The position numbers and the translations under genes were made by a program. 64,000 bases of DNA from Eledone cirrhosa (taxonomy: Eukaryota): positions 397,358,001 through 397,422,000 of the forward strand of contig OZ024741.1 of the NCBI GenBank assembly GCA_964016885.1. The letters run 5' to 3'. This document shows positions 36,521-50,000 of the stretch, piece by piece. Under the pieces are notes generated by a model. That model did no database searches, had not been told where the DNA came from, and was given only the letters and a program-made list of their open reading frames with translations. How positions within the stretch are numbered: position 1 is the first letter of the stretch; each line of letters opens with the position of its first letter.

Positions 36521-36521
<1 letters not shown>
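36100..36521 (+). mobile_element. Short non-autonomous Helitron-like element
   Basis: TATATAAAG…(GTTT)n core at 5'; 3' CGCAGCAAGGCGCGGG…CTCG|T (CTAG variant); (TA)n flanks. Confidence 0.55.
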
Positions 36522-36559
<38 letters not shown>

Positions 36560-36566
<7 letters not shown>

Positions 36567-36661
36567 AAAAAGGGATGAAATCGAAAATGCAACTGAAGTC
36601 TTATTTTTTTTTAAAAATAAGACTTCAGTTGCATTTTCGATTTCATCCCTTTTTCTTTATA
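36560..36661. repeat. ~100-bp near-perfect palindrome
   Basis: TATAAAGAAAAAGGGATGAAATCGAAAATGCAACTGAAGTCTTATTTTT / AAAAATAAGACTTCAGTTGCATTTTCGATTTCATCCCTTTTTCTTTATA. Confidence 0.92.
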
Positions 36662-37011
36662 CTTCCACTCGTGTAGGACACCTCGGTTATTTTTCACTTT
36701 GTAAAAAAAACCTCACTTTCTAATATATATATATATATATATATAAAATTTCAGGTTATCAATAATGTAGTGATAATATATCGTTACGTTAGAGATGAAC
36801 AGCGTACGTGCAGGTTAGCTCAACGAGTATAAATTATATTCCAAAATCTCTGAAGAAGTGACAACTGATTATACATTTGCTATCGAATACTTGCTAACAT
36901 TATATGATTACGCAAGCAGCGATACATAGGTATTCCGTCAGTTACAGAAACATATGTCAATACCTAATAAATTCCTTTTTAAAAAAAGCACTTTCATTTT
37001 ATATTCATCCT

Positions 37012-37077
<66 letters not shown>

Positions 37078-37172
37078 ATGGTAAGGGTGTTGGACCTACG
37101 ATCAATATGTCGTGAGTTCGATTCCTGGGTTATGTGTTGTGTTCTTATGTGTTGTGTTCTGAGCAAGTCAGA
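37078..37172 (+). mobile_element. SINE tRNA-like head fragment
   Basis: TGGTAAGGGTGTTGGAC…GAGTTCGATTCCTGG…GTGTTGTGTTCTGAGCAAG. Confidence 0.55.
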
Positions 37173-37284
37173 CTATATATATTTATATATATATGTATAT
37201 ATATATGTATATATATATATATTTGAAAAAAAGGAAAAGAATGACTTCACTTGTAGTTCTAAATAATTTGATTTAATTATATAA

Positions 37285-40200
37285 TATCTATAATATAATA
37301 AAGGGAGGAGTGTGGGTATCTATAATATAATAAAGGGGGTTGGTGGGTATCTATAATATATTAAAGGGAGGAGTGTGGGTATCTATAATATAATAAAGGG
37401 AGGAGTGTGGGTATCTATAATATAATAAAGGGAGGAGTGTGGGTATCTATAATATAATAAAGGGAGGAATGTGGGTATCTATAATATATTAAAGGGAGGA
37501 GTGTGGGTATCTATAATATAATAAAGGGGGGAGAGTGGGTATCTATAATATAATAAAGGGAGGAGTGTGGGTATCTATAATATAATAAAGGGAGGAATGT
37601 GGGTATCTATAATATATTAAAGGGAGGATGTGGGTATCTATAATATAATAAAGGGGGGAGAGTGGGTATCTATAATATAATAAAGGGGCGAGTGTGGGTA
37701 TCTATAATATAATAAAGGGAGGAATGTGGGTATCTATAATATATTAAAGGGAGGAGTGTGGGTATCTATAATATAATAAAGGGGGGAGAGTGGGTATCTA
37801 TAATATAATAAAGGGAGGAGTGTGGGTATCTATAATATAATAAAGGGAGGAATGTGGGTATCTATAATATATTAAAGGGAGGAGGGTGGGTATCTATAAT
37901 ATAATAAAGGGGGGAGAGTGGGTATCTATAATATATTAAAGGGAGGAGTGTGGGTATCTATAATATAATAAAGGGGGGAGAGTGGGTATCTATAATATAT
38001 TAAAGGGAGGAGTGTGGGTATCTATAATATAATAAAGGGGGGAGAGTGGGTATCTATAATATAATAAAGGGGGGAGAGTGGGTATCTATAATATATTAAA
38101 GGGGCGAGGGTGGGTATCTATAATATATTAAAGGGAGGAGTGTGGGCATCTATAATATAATAAAGGGGGGAGAGTGGGTATCTATAATATATTAAAGGGA
38201 GGAGTGTGGGTATCTATAATATATTAAAGGGGGGAGTGTGGGTATCTATAATATATTAAAGGGAGGAGTGTGGGTATCTATAATATATTAAAGGGAGGAT
38301 TGTGGGTATGTATAATATATTAAAGGGAGGAGTGTGGGTATGTATAATATATTAAAGGGAGGAGTGTGGGTATCTATAATATATTAAAGGAGGAGTGTGG
38401 GTATATATAATATATTAAAGGGGGGAGAGTGGGTATCTATAATATAATAAAGGGGGGAGAGTGGGTATCTGTAATATATTAAAGGGGCGAGGGTGGGTAT
38501 CTATAATATATTAAAGGGAGGAGTGTGGGTATCTATAATATAATAAAGGGGGGAGAGTGGGTATCTATAATATATTAAAGGGAGGAGTGTGGGTATCTAT
38601 AATATATTAAAGGGGTGAGTGTGGGTATCTATAATATAATAAAGGGGGGAGAGTGGGTATCTATAATATATTAAAGGGGCGAGGGTGGGTATCTATAATA
38701 TATTAAAGGGAGGAGTGTGGGTATCTATAATATAATAAAGGGGGTTGGTGGGTATCTATAATATATTAAAGGGAGGAGTGTGGGTATCTATAATATATTA
38801 AAGGGAGGAGTGTGGGTATCTATAATATAATAAAGGGGGGAGAGTGGGTATCTATAATATAATAAAGGGAGGAGTGTGGGTATCTATAATATATTAAAGG
38901 GGCGAGGGTGGGTATCTATAATATATTAAAGGGAGGAGTGTGGGTATCTATAATATAATAAAGGGGGGAGTGTGGGTATCTATAATATAATAAAGGGGGT
39001 TGGTGGGTATCTATAATATATTAAAGGGAGGAGTGTGGGTATCTATAATATATTAAAGGGGAGAGTGTGGGTATCTATAATATAATAAACGGAGGAGTGT
39101 GGGCATCTATAATATAATAAAGGGAGGAGTGTGGGTATCTATAATGTAATAAAGGGAGGATTGTGGGTATGTATAATATATTAAAGGGAGGAGTGTGGGT
39201 ATCTATAATATAATAAAGGGAGGAGTGTGGGTATCTATAATATAATAAAGGGAGGATTGTGGGTATCTATAATATAATAAAGGGAGGAGTGTGGGTATGT
39301 ATAATATAATAAAGGGAGGAGTGTGGGTATCTATAATATATTAAAGGGAGGAACGTGGGTATCTATAATATATTAAAGGGAGGAGTGTGGGTATCTATAA
39401 TATATTAAAGGGGCGAGTGTGGGTATCTATAATATAATAAAGGGAGGAGTGTGGGTATCTATAATATATTAAAGGGAGGAGTGTGGGTATCTATAATATA
39501 TTAAAGGGGGTAGTGTGGGTATCTATAATATAATAAAGGGAGGAGTGTGGGTATCTATAATATAATAAAGGGGCGAGGGTGGGTATCTATAATATAATAA
39601 AGGGAGGAGTGTGGGTATCTATAATATATTAAAGGGGCGAGTGTGGGTATCTATAATATAATAAAGGGAGGAGTGTGGGTATCTATAATATAATAAAGGG
39701 AGGAATGTGGGTATCTATAATATAATAAAGGGAAGAGTGTGGGTATCTATAATATATTAAAGGGGCGAGTGTGGGTATCTATAATATAATAAAGGGAGGA
39801 GTGTGGGTATCTATAATATAATAAAGGGAGGAGTGTGGGTATCTATAATATAATAAAGGGAGGAGTGTGGGTATCTATAATATATTAAAGGGGTGTGTGT
39901 GGGTATCTATAATATAATAAAAGGGGCCGTGTGGGTATCTATAATATATTAAAGGGGCGAGGGTGGGTATCTATAATATAATAAAGGGAGGAGTGTGGGT
40001 ATCTATAATATATTAAAGGGGAGAGTGTGGGTATCTATAATATATTAAAGGGAGGAATGTGGGTATCTATAATATATTAAAGGGAGGAGTGTGGGTATCT
40101 ATAATATAATAAAGGGAGGAGTGTGGGTATCTATAATATATTAAAGGGAGGTGTGTGGGTATCTATAATATAATAAAGGGAGGAGTGTGGGTACTCTATA

Positions 40201-41068
40201 ATATATTAAAGGGAGGAGTGTGGGTACCTATAATATATTAAAGAGAGGAGTGTGGGTATCTATAATATATTAAAGGGGCGAGGGTGGGTATCTATAATAT
40301 AATAAAGGGAGGAGTGTGGGTATCTATAATATATTAAAGGGGTGAGTGTGGGTATCTATAATATAATAAAGGGGGGAGAGTGGGTATCTATAATATATTA
40401 AAGGGAGGAATGTGGGTATCTATAATATATTAAAGGGAGGAGTGTGGGTATCTATAATATATTAAAGGGGCGAGGGTGGGTATCTATAATATATTAAAGG
40501 GAGGATGTGGGTATCTATAATATATTAAAGGGGGGAGTGTGGGTACCTATAATATATTAAAGGGAGGAGTGTGGGTATCTATAATATAATAAAGGGAGGA
40601 TTGTGGGTATCTATAATATAATAAAGGGAGGAGTGTGGGTATGTATAATATATTAAAGGGAGGAGTGTGGGTATCTATAATATATTAAAGGGGGGAGTGT
40701 GGGTATCTATAATATAATAAAGGGAGGAGTGTGGGTATCTATAATATAATAAAGGGAGGAGTGTGGGTATGTATAATATATTAAAGGGAGGAGTGTGGGT
40801 ATCTATAATATATTAAAGGGGGGAGTGTGGGTATCTATAATATAATAAAGGGAGGAGTGTGGGTATCTATAATATATTAAAGGGAGGATTGTGGGTATGT
40901 ATAATATATTAAAGGGAGGAGTGTGGGTATGTATAATATATTAAAGGGAGGAGTGTGGGTATCTATAATATATTAAAGGAGGAGTGTGGGTATCTATAAT
41001 ATATTAAAGGGAGGAGTTTGGGTATCTATAATATAATAAATGGAGGAGTGTGGCTATCTATAATATAT
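37285..41068 (+). repeat. 32-bp satellite (TATCTATAATATAWTAAAGGGAGGAGTGTGGG), ~118 copies
   Basis: Direct reading; variants concentrated in the G-rich half. Confidence 0.97.
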
Positions 41069-44000
41069 CTGTCTCTGTATGTGTGTCCTCCCTACCATTG
41101 ACAATCTCTGCCAGTCTGTCTCTGTATGTGTGTCCTCTCTATCATTGACAATCTCTGCCAGTCTGTCTCTGTATGTGTGTCCTCCCTATCATTGACAATC
41201 TCTGTCAGTCTGTCTCCGTATGTGTGTCCTCCCTATCATTGACAATCTCTGCCAGTCTGTCTCTGTATGTCTGTCCTCCCTATTATTGACAATCTCTGCC
41301 AGTCTGTCTCTGTATGTGTGTCCTCCCTATCATTGACAATCTCTGCCAGTCTGTCTCTGTATGTGTGTCCTCCCTATTATTGACAATCTCTGCCAGTCTG
41401 TCTCTGTATGTGTGTCCTCCCTATCATTGACAATCTCTGCCAGTCTGTCCCTGTATGTGTGTCCTCCCTATCATTGACAATCTCTGTCAGTCTGTCTCTG
41501 TATGTGTGTCCTTCCTATCATTGACAATCTCTGCCAGTCTGTCTCTGTATGTGTGTCCTCCCTATCATTGACAATCTCTGCCAGTCTGTCTCTGTATGTG
41601 TGTCCTCCCTATTATTGACAATCTCTGTCAGTCTGTCTCTGTATGTGTGTCCTCCCTATCATTGACAATATCTGTCAGTCTGTCCCTGTATGTGTGTCCT
41701 CCCTATTATTGACAATCTCTGCCAGTCTGTCTCTGTATGTGTGTCCTCCCTATTATTGACAATCTCTGCCAGTCTGTCCCTGTATGTGTGTCCTCTCTAT
41801 CATTGACAATCTCTGTCAGTCTGTCCCTGTATGTGTGTCCTTCCTATCATTGACAATCTCTGCCAGTCTGTCTCTGTATGTGTCTCCCCCCTATTATTGA
41901 CAATCTCTGCCAGTCTGTCTCTGTATGTGTGTCCTCCCTATCATTGACAATCTCTGCCAGTCTGTCCCTGTATGTGTGTCCTCCCTATCATTGACAATCT
42001 CTGCCAGTCTGTCCCTGTATGTGTGTCCTCCCTATCATTGACAATCTCTGCCAGTCTGTCTCCGTATGTGTGTCCTCCCTATCATTGACAATCTCTGCCA
42101 GTCTGTCTCTGTATGTATGTCCTCCCTATCATTGACAATCTCTGCCAGTCTGTCCCTGTATGTGTGTCCTCCCTATTATTGACAATCTCTGCCAGTCTGT
42201 CTCTGTATGTGTGTCCTCCCTATCATTGACAATCTCTGTCAGTCTGTCTCTGTATGTGTGTCCTCCCTATTATTGACAATCTCTGCCAGTCTGTCTCTGT
42301 ATGTGTGTCCTCCCTATCATTGACAATCTCTGACAGTCTGTCTCTGTATGTGTGTCCTCCCTATTATTGACAATCTCTGTCAGTCTGTCTCTGTATGTGT
42401 GTCCTTCCTATCATTGACAATCTCTGCCAGTCTGTCTCTGTATGTGTGTCCTCCCTATCATTGACAATCTCTGCCAGTCTGTCCCTGTATGTGTGTCCTC
42501 CCTATTATTGACAATCTCTGTCAGTCTGTCTCCGTATGTGTGTCCTCCCTATCATTGACAATCTCTGTCAGTCTGTCCCTGTATGTGTGTCCTCCCTATC
42601 ATTGACAATCTCTGCCAGTCTGTCTCTGTATGTGTGTCCTCCCTATTATTGACAATCTCTGCCAGTCTGTCTCTGTATGTGTGTCCTCCCTATCATTGAC
42701 AATCTCTGACAGTCTGTCTCTGTATGTGTGTCCTCCCTATTATTGACAATCTCTGTCAGTCTGTCTCTGTATGTGTGTCCTTCCTATCATTGACAATCTC
42801 TGCCAGTCTGTCTCTGTATGTGTGACCTCCCTATCATTGACAATCTCTGTCAGTCTGTCTCTGTATGTGTGTCCTTCCTATCATTGACAATCTCTGCCAG
42901 TCTGTCTCTGTATGTGTGTCCTCCCTATCATTGACAATCTCTGCCAGTCTGTCTCTGCATGTGTGTCCTCCCTATCATTGACAATCTCTGTCAGTCTGTC
43001 TCTGTATGTGTGTCCTTCCTATCATTGACAATCTCTGCCAGTCTGTCCCTGTATGTGTGTCCTCCCTATCATTGACAATCTCTGTCAGTCTGTCTCTGTA
43101 TGCGTGTCCTCCCTATCATTGACAATCTCTGTCAGTCTGTCTCTGTATGTGTGTCCTTCCTATCATTGACAATCTCTGCCAGTCTGTCTCTGTATGTGTG
43201 TCCTCCCTATCATTGACAATCTCTGTCAGTCTGTCTCTGTATGTGTGTCCTTCCTATCATTGACAATCTCTGCCAGTCTGTCCCTGTATGTGTGTCCTCC
43301 CTATCATTGACAATCTCTGCCAGTCTGTCTCTGTATGTGTGTCCTCCCTATCATTGACAATCTCTGTCAGTCTGTCTCTGTATGTGTGTCCTTCCTATCA
43401 TTGACAATCTCTGCCAGTCTGTCTCTGTATGTGTGTCCTCCCTATCATTGACAATCTCTGCCAGTCTGTCCCTGTATGTGTGTCCTCCCTATCATTGACA
43501 ATCTCTGTCAGTCTGTCTCTGTATGTGTGTCCTTCCTATCATTGACAATCTCTGCCAGTCTGTCTCTGTATGTGTGTCCTCCCTATCATTGACAATCTCT
43601 GCCAGTCTGTCTCTGTATGTGTGTCCTCCCTATTATTGACAATCTCTGTCAGTCTGTCTCTGTATGTGTGTCCTCCCTATCATTGACAATATCTGTCAGT
43701 CTGTCCCTGTATGTGTGTCCTCCCTATTATTGACAATCTCTGCCAGTCTGTCTCTGTATGTGTGTCCTCCCTATTATTGACAATCTCTGCCAGTCTGTCC
43801 CTGTATGTGTGTCCTCTCTATCATTGACAATCTCTGTCAGTCTGTCCCTGTATGTGTGTCCTTCCTATCATTGACAATCTCTGCCAGTCTGTCTCTGTAT
43901 GTGTCTCCCCCCTATTATTGACAATCTCTGCCAGTCTGTCTCTGTATGTGTGTCCTCCCTATCATTGACAATCTCTGCCAGTCTGTCCCTGTATGTGTGT

Positions 44001-47000
44001 CCTCCCTATCATTGACAATCTCTGCCAGTCTGTCCCTGTATGTGTGTCCTCCCTATCATTGACAATCTCTGCCAGTCTGTCTCCGTATGTGTGTCCTCCC
44101 TATCATTGACAATCTCTGCCAGTCTGTCTCTGTATGTATGTCCTCCCTATCATTGACAATCTCTGCCAGTCTGTCCCTGTATGTGTGTCCTCCCTATTAT
44201 TGACAATCTCTGCCAGTCTGTCTCTGTATGTGTGTCCTCCCTATCATTGACAATCTCTGTCAGTCTGTCTCTGTATGTGTGTCCTCCCTATTATTGACAA
44301 TCTCTGCCAGTCTGTCTCTGTATGTGTGTCCTCCCTATCATTGACAATCTCTGACAGTCTGTCTCTGTATGTGTGTCCTCCCTATTATTGACAATCTCTG
44401 TCAGTCTGTCTCTGTATGTGTGTCCTTCCTATCATTGACAATCTCTGCCAGTCTGTCTCTGTATGTGTGTCCTCCCTATCATTGACAATCTCTGCCAGTC
44501 TGTCCCTGTATGTGTGTCCTCCCTATTATTGACAATCTCTGTCAGTCTGTCTCCGTATGTGTGTCCTCCCTATCATTGACAATCTCTGTCAGTCTGTCCC
44601 TGTATGTGTGTCCTCCCTATCATTGACAATCTCTGCCAGTCTGTCTCTGTATGTGTGTCCTCCCTATTATTGACAATCTCTGCCAGTCTGTCTCTGTATG
44701 TGTGTCCTCCCTATCATTGACAATCTCTGACAGTCTGTCTCTGTATGTGTGTCCTCCCTATTATTGACAATCTCTGTCAGTCTGTCTCTGTATGTGTGTC
44801 CTTCCTATCATTGACAATCTCTGCCAGTCTGTCTCTGTATGTGTGACCTCCCTATCATTGACAATCTCTGTCAGTCTGTCTCTGTATGTGTGTCCTTCCT
44901 ACCATTGACAATCTCTGCCAGTCTGTCTCTGTATGTGTGTCCTCCCTATCATTGACAATCTCTGCCAGTCTGTCTCTGTATGTGTGTCCTCCCTATCATT
45001 GACAATCTCTGTCAGTCTGTCTCTGTATGTGTGTCCTTCCTATCATTGACAATCTCTGCCAGTCTGTCCCTGTATGTGTGTCCTCCCTATCATTGACAAT
45101 CTCTGTCAGTCTGTCTCTGTATGCGTGTCCTCCCTATCATTGACAATCTCTGTCAGTCTGTCTCTGTATGTGTGTCCTTCCTATCATTGACAATCTCTGC
45201 CAGTCTGTCTCTGTATGTGTGTCCTCCCTATCATTGACAATCTCTGTCAGTCTGTTTCTGTATGTGTGTCCTTCCTATCATTGACAATCTCTGCCAGTCT
45301 GTCCCTGTATGTGTGTCCTCCCTATCATTGACAATCTCTGCCAGTCTGTCTCTGTATGTGTGTCCTCCCTATCATTGACAATCTCTGTCAGTCTGTCTCT
45401 GTATGTGTGTCCTTCCTATCATTGACAATCTCTGCCAGTCTGTCTCTGTATGTGTGTCCTCCCTATCATTGACAATCTCTGCCAGTCTGTCTCTGTATGT
45501 GTGTCCTCCCTATCATTGACAATCTCTGCCAGTCTGTCCCTGTATGTGTGTCCTCCCTATTATTGACAATCTCTGCCAGTCTGTCCCTGTATGTGTGTCC
45601 TCCCTATCATTGACAATCTCTGCCAGTCTGTCTCTGTATGTGTGTCCTCCCTATCATTGACAATCTCTGCCAGTCTGTCCCTGTATGTGTGTCCTCCCTA
45701 TCATTGACAATCTCTGCCAGTCTGTCTCTGTATGTGTGTCCTCCCTATTATTGACAATCTCTGCCAGTCTGTCTCTGTATGTGTGTCCTCCCTATCATTG
45801 ACAATCTCTGCCAGTCTGTCTCTGTATGTGTGTCCTCCCTATCATTGACAATCTCTGCCAGCCTGTCCCTGTATGTGTGTCCACCCTATCATTGACAATC
45901 TCTGCCAGTCTGTCTCTGTATGTGTGTCCTCCCTATTATTGACAATCTCTGTCAGTCTGTCTCTGTATGTGTGTCCTCCCTATCATTGACAATATCTGTC
46001 AGTCTGTCCCTGTATGTGTGTCCTCCCTATTATTGACAATCTCTGCCAGTCTGTCTCTGTATGTGTGTCCTCCCTATTATTGACAATCTCTGCCAGTCTG
46101 TCCCTGTATGTGTGTCCTCTCTATCATTGACAATCTCTGTCAGTCTGTCCCTGTATGTGTGTCCTTCCTATCATTGACAATCTCTGCCAGTCTGTCTCTG
46201 TATGTGTGTCCCCCCTATTATTGACAATCTCTGCCAGTCTGTCTCTGTATGTGTGTCCTCCCTATCATTGACAATCTCTGCCAGTCTGTCCCTGTATGTG
46301 TGTCCTCCCTATCATTGACAATCTCTGCCAGTCTGTCCCTGTATGTGTGTCCTCCCTATCATTGACAATCTCTGCCAGTCTGTCTCCGTATGTGTGTCCT
46401 CCCTATCATTGACAATCTCTGCCAGTCTGTCTCTATATGTATGTCCTCCCTATCATTGACAATCTCTGCCAGTCTGTCCCTGTATGTGTGTCCTCCCTAT
46501 TATTGACAATCTCTGCCAGTCTGTCTCTGTATGTGTGTCCTCCCTATCATTGACAATCTCTGTCAGTCTGTCTCTGTATGTGTGTCCTCCCTATTATTGA
46601 CAATCTCTGCCAGTCTGTCTCTGTATGTGTGTCCTCCCTATCATTGACAATCTCTGACAGTCTGTCTCTGTATGTGTGTCCTCCCTATTATTGACAATCT
46701 CTGTCAGTCTGTCTCTGTATGTGTGTCCTTCCTATCATTGACAATCTCTGCCAGTCTGTCTCTGTATGTGTGTCCTCCCTATCATTGACAATCTCTGCCA
46801 GTCTGTCTCTGTATGTGTGTCCTCCCTATTATTGACAATCTCTGTCAGTCTGTCTCTGTATGTGTGTCCTCCCTATCATTGACAATATCTGTCAGTCTGT
46901 CCCTGTATGTGTGTCCTCCCTATTATTGACAATCTCTGCCAGTCTGTCTCTGTATGTGTGTCCTCCCTATTATTGACAATCTCTGCCAGTCTGTCCCTGT

Positions 47001-50000
47001 ATGTGTGTCCTCTCTATCATTGACAATCTCTGTCAGTCTGTCCCTGTATGTGTGTCCTTCCTATCATTGACAATCTCTGCCAGTCTGTCTCTGTATGTGT
47101 CTCCCCCCTATTATTGACAATCTCTGCCAGTCTGTCTCTGTATGTGTGTCCTCCCTATCATTGACAATCTCTGCCAGTCTGTCCCTGTATGTGTGTCCTC
47201 CCTATCATTGACAATCTCTGCCAGTCTGTCCCTGTATGTGTGTCCTCCCTATCATTGACAATCTCTGCCAGTCTGTCTCCGTATGTGTGTCCTCCCTATC
47301 ATTGACAATCTCTGCCAGTCTGTCTCTGTATGTATGTCCTCCCTATCATTGACAATCTCTGCCAGTCTGTCCCTGTATGTGTGTCCTCCCTATTATTGAC
47401 AATCTCTGCCAGTCTGTCTCTGTATGTGTGTCCTCCCTATCATTGACAATCTCTGTCAGTCTGTCTCTGTATGTGTGTCCTCCCTATTATTGACAATCTC
47501 TGCCAGTCTGTCTCTGTATGTGTGTCCTCCCTATCATTGACAATCTCTGACAGTCTGTCTCTGTATGTGTGTCCTCCCTATTATTGACAATCTCTGTCAG
47601 TCTGTCTCTGTATGTGTGTCCTTCCTATCATTGACAATCTCTGCCAGTCTGTCTCTGTATGTGTGTCCTCCCTATCATTGACAATCTCTGCCAGTCTGTC
47701 CCTGTATGTGTGTCCTCCCTATTATTGACAATCTCTGTCAGTCTGTCTCCGTATGTGTGTCCTCCCTATCATTGACAATCTCTGTCAGTCTGTCCCTGTA
47801 TGTGTGTCCTCCCTATCATTGACAATCTCTGCCAGTCTGTCTCTGTATGTGTGTCCTCCCTATTATTGACAATCTCTGCCAGTCTGTCTCTGTATGTGTG
47901 TCCTCCCTATCATTGACAATCTCTGACAGTCTGTCTCTGTATGTGTGTCCTCCCTATTATTGACAATCTCTGTCAGTCTGTCTCTGTATGTGTGTCCTTC
48001 CTATCATTGACAATCTCTGCCAGTCTGTCTCTGTATGTGTGACCTCCCTATCATTGACAATCTCTGTCAGTCTGTCTCTGTATGTGTGTCCTTCCTACCA
48101 TTGACAATCTCTGCCAGTCTGTCTCTGTATGTGTGTCCTCCCTATCATTGACAATCTCTGCCAGTCTGTCTCTGTATGTGTGTCCTCCCTATCATTGACA
48201 ATCTCTGTCAGTCTGTCTCTGTATGTGTGTCCTTCCTATCATTGACAATCTCTGCCAGTCTGTCCCTGTATGTGTGTCCTCCCTATCATTGACAATCTCT
48301 GTCAGTCTGTCTCTGTATGCGTGTCCTCCCTATCATTGACAATCTCTGTCAGTCTGTCTCTGTATGTGTGTCCTTCCTATCATTGACAATCTCTGCCAGT
48401 CTGTCTCTGTATGTGTGTCCTCCCTATCATTGACAATCTCTGTCAGTCTGTTTCTGTATGTGTGTCCTTCCTATCATTGACAATCTCTGCCAGTCTGTCC
48501 CTGTATGTGTGTCCTCCCTATCATTGACAATCTCTGCCAGTCTGTCTCTGTATGTGTGTCCTCCCTATCATTGACAATCTCTGTCAGTCTGTCTCTGTAT
48601 GTGTGTCCTTCCTATCATTGACAATCTCTGCCAGTCTGTCTCTGTATGTGTGTCCTCCCTATCATTGACAATCTCTGCCAGTCTGTCTCTGTATGTGTGT
48701 CCTCCCTATCATTGACAATCTCTGCCAGTCTGTCCCTGTATGTGTGTCCTCCCTATTATTGACAATCTCTGCCAGTCTGTCCCTGTATGTGTGTCCTCCC
48801 TATCATTGACAATCTCTGCCAGTCTGTCTCTGTATGTGTGTCCTCCCTATCATTGACAATCTCTGCCAGTCTGTCCCTGTATGTGTGTCCTCCCTATCAT
48901 TGACAATCTCTGCCAGTCTGTCTCTGTATGTGTGTCCTCCCTATTATTGACAATCTCTGCCAGTCTGTCTCTGTATGTGTGTCCTCCCTATCATTGACAA
49001 TCTCTGCCAGTCTGTCTCTGTATGTGTGTCCTCCCGATCATTGACAATCTCTGCCAGCCTGTCCCTGTATGTGTGTCCACCCTATCATTGACAATCTCTG
49101 CCAGTCTGTCTCTGTATGTGTGTCCTCCCTATTATTGACAATCTCTGTCAGTCTGTCTCTGTATGTGTGTCCTCCCTATCATTGACAATATCTGTCAGTC
49201 TGTCCCTGTATGTGTGTCCTCCCTATTATTGACAATCTCTGCCAGTCTGTCTCTGTATGTGTGTCCTCCCTATTATTGACAATCTCTGCCAGTCTGTCCC
49301 TGTATGTGTGTCCTCTCTATCATTGACAATCTCTGTCAGTCTGTCCCTGTATGTGTGTCCTTCCTATCATTGACAATCTCTGCCAGTCTGTCTCTGTATG
49401 TGTGTCCCCCCTATTATTGACAATCTCTGCCAGTCTGTCTCTGTATGTGTGTCCTCCCTATCATTGACAATCTCTGCCAGTCTGTCCCTGTATGTGTGTC
49501 CTCCCTATCATTGACAATCTCTGCCAGTCTGTCCCTGTATGTGTGTCCTCCCTATCATTGACAATCTCTGCCAGTCTGTCTCCGTATGTGTGTCCTCCCT
49601 ATCATTGACAATCTCTGCCAGTCTGTCTCTATATGTATGTCCTCCCTATCATTGACAATCTCTGCCAGTCTGTCCCTGTATGTGTGTCCTCCCTATTATT
49701 GACAATCTCTGCCAGTCTGTCTCTGTATGTGTGTCCTCCCTATCATTGACAATCTCTGTCAGTCTGTCTCTGTATGTGTGTCCTCCCTATTATTGACAAT
49801 CTCTGCCAGTCTGTCTCTGTATGTGTGTCCTCCCTATCATTGACAATCTCTGACAGTCTGTCTCTGTATGTGTGTCCTCCCTATTATTGACAATCTCTGT
49901 CAGTCTGTCTCTGTATGTGTGTCCTTCCTATCATTGACAATCTCTGCCAGTCTGTCTCTGTATGTGTGTCCTCCCTATCATTGACAATCTCTGCCAGTCT

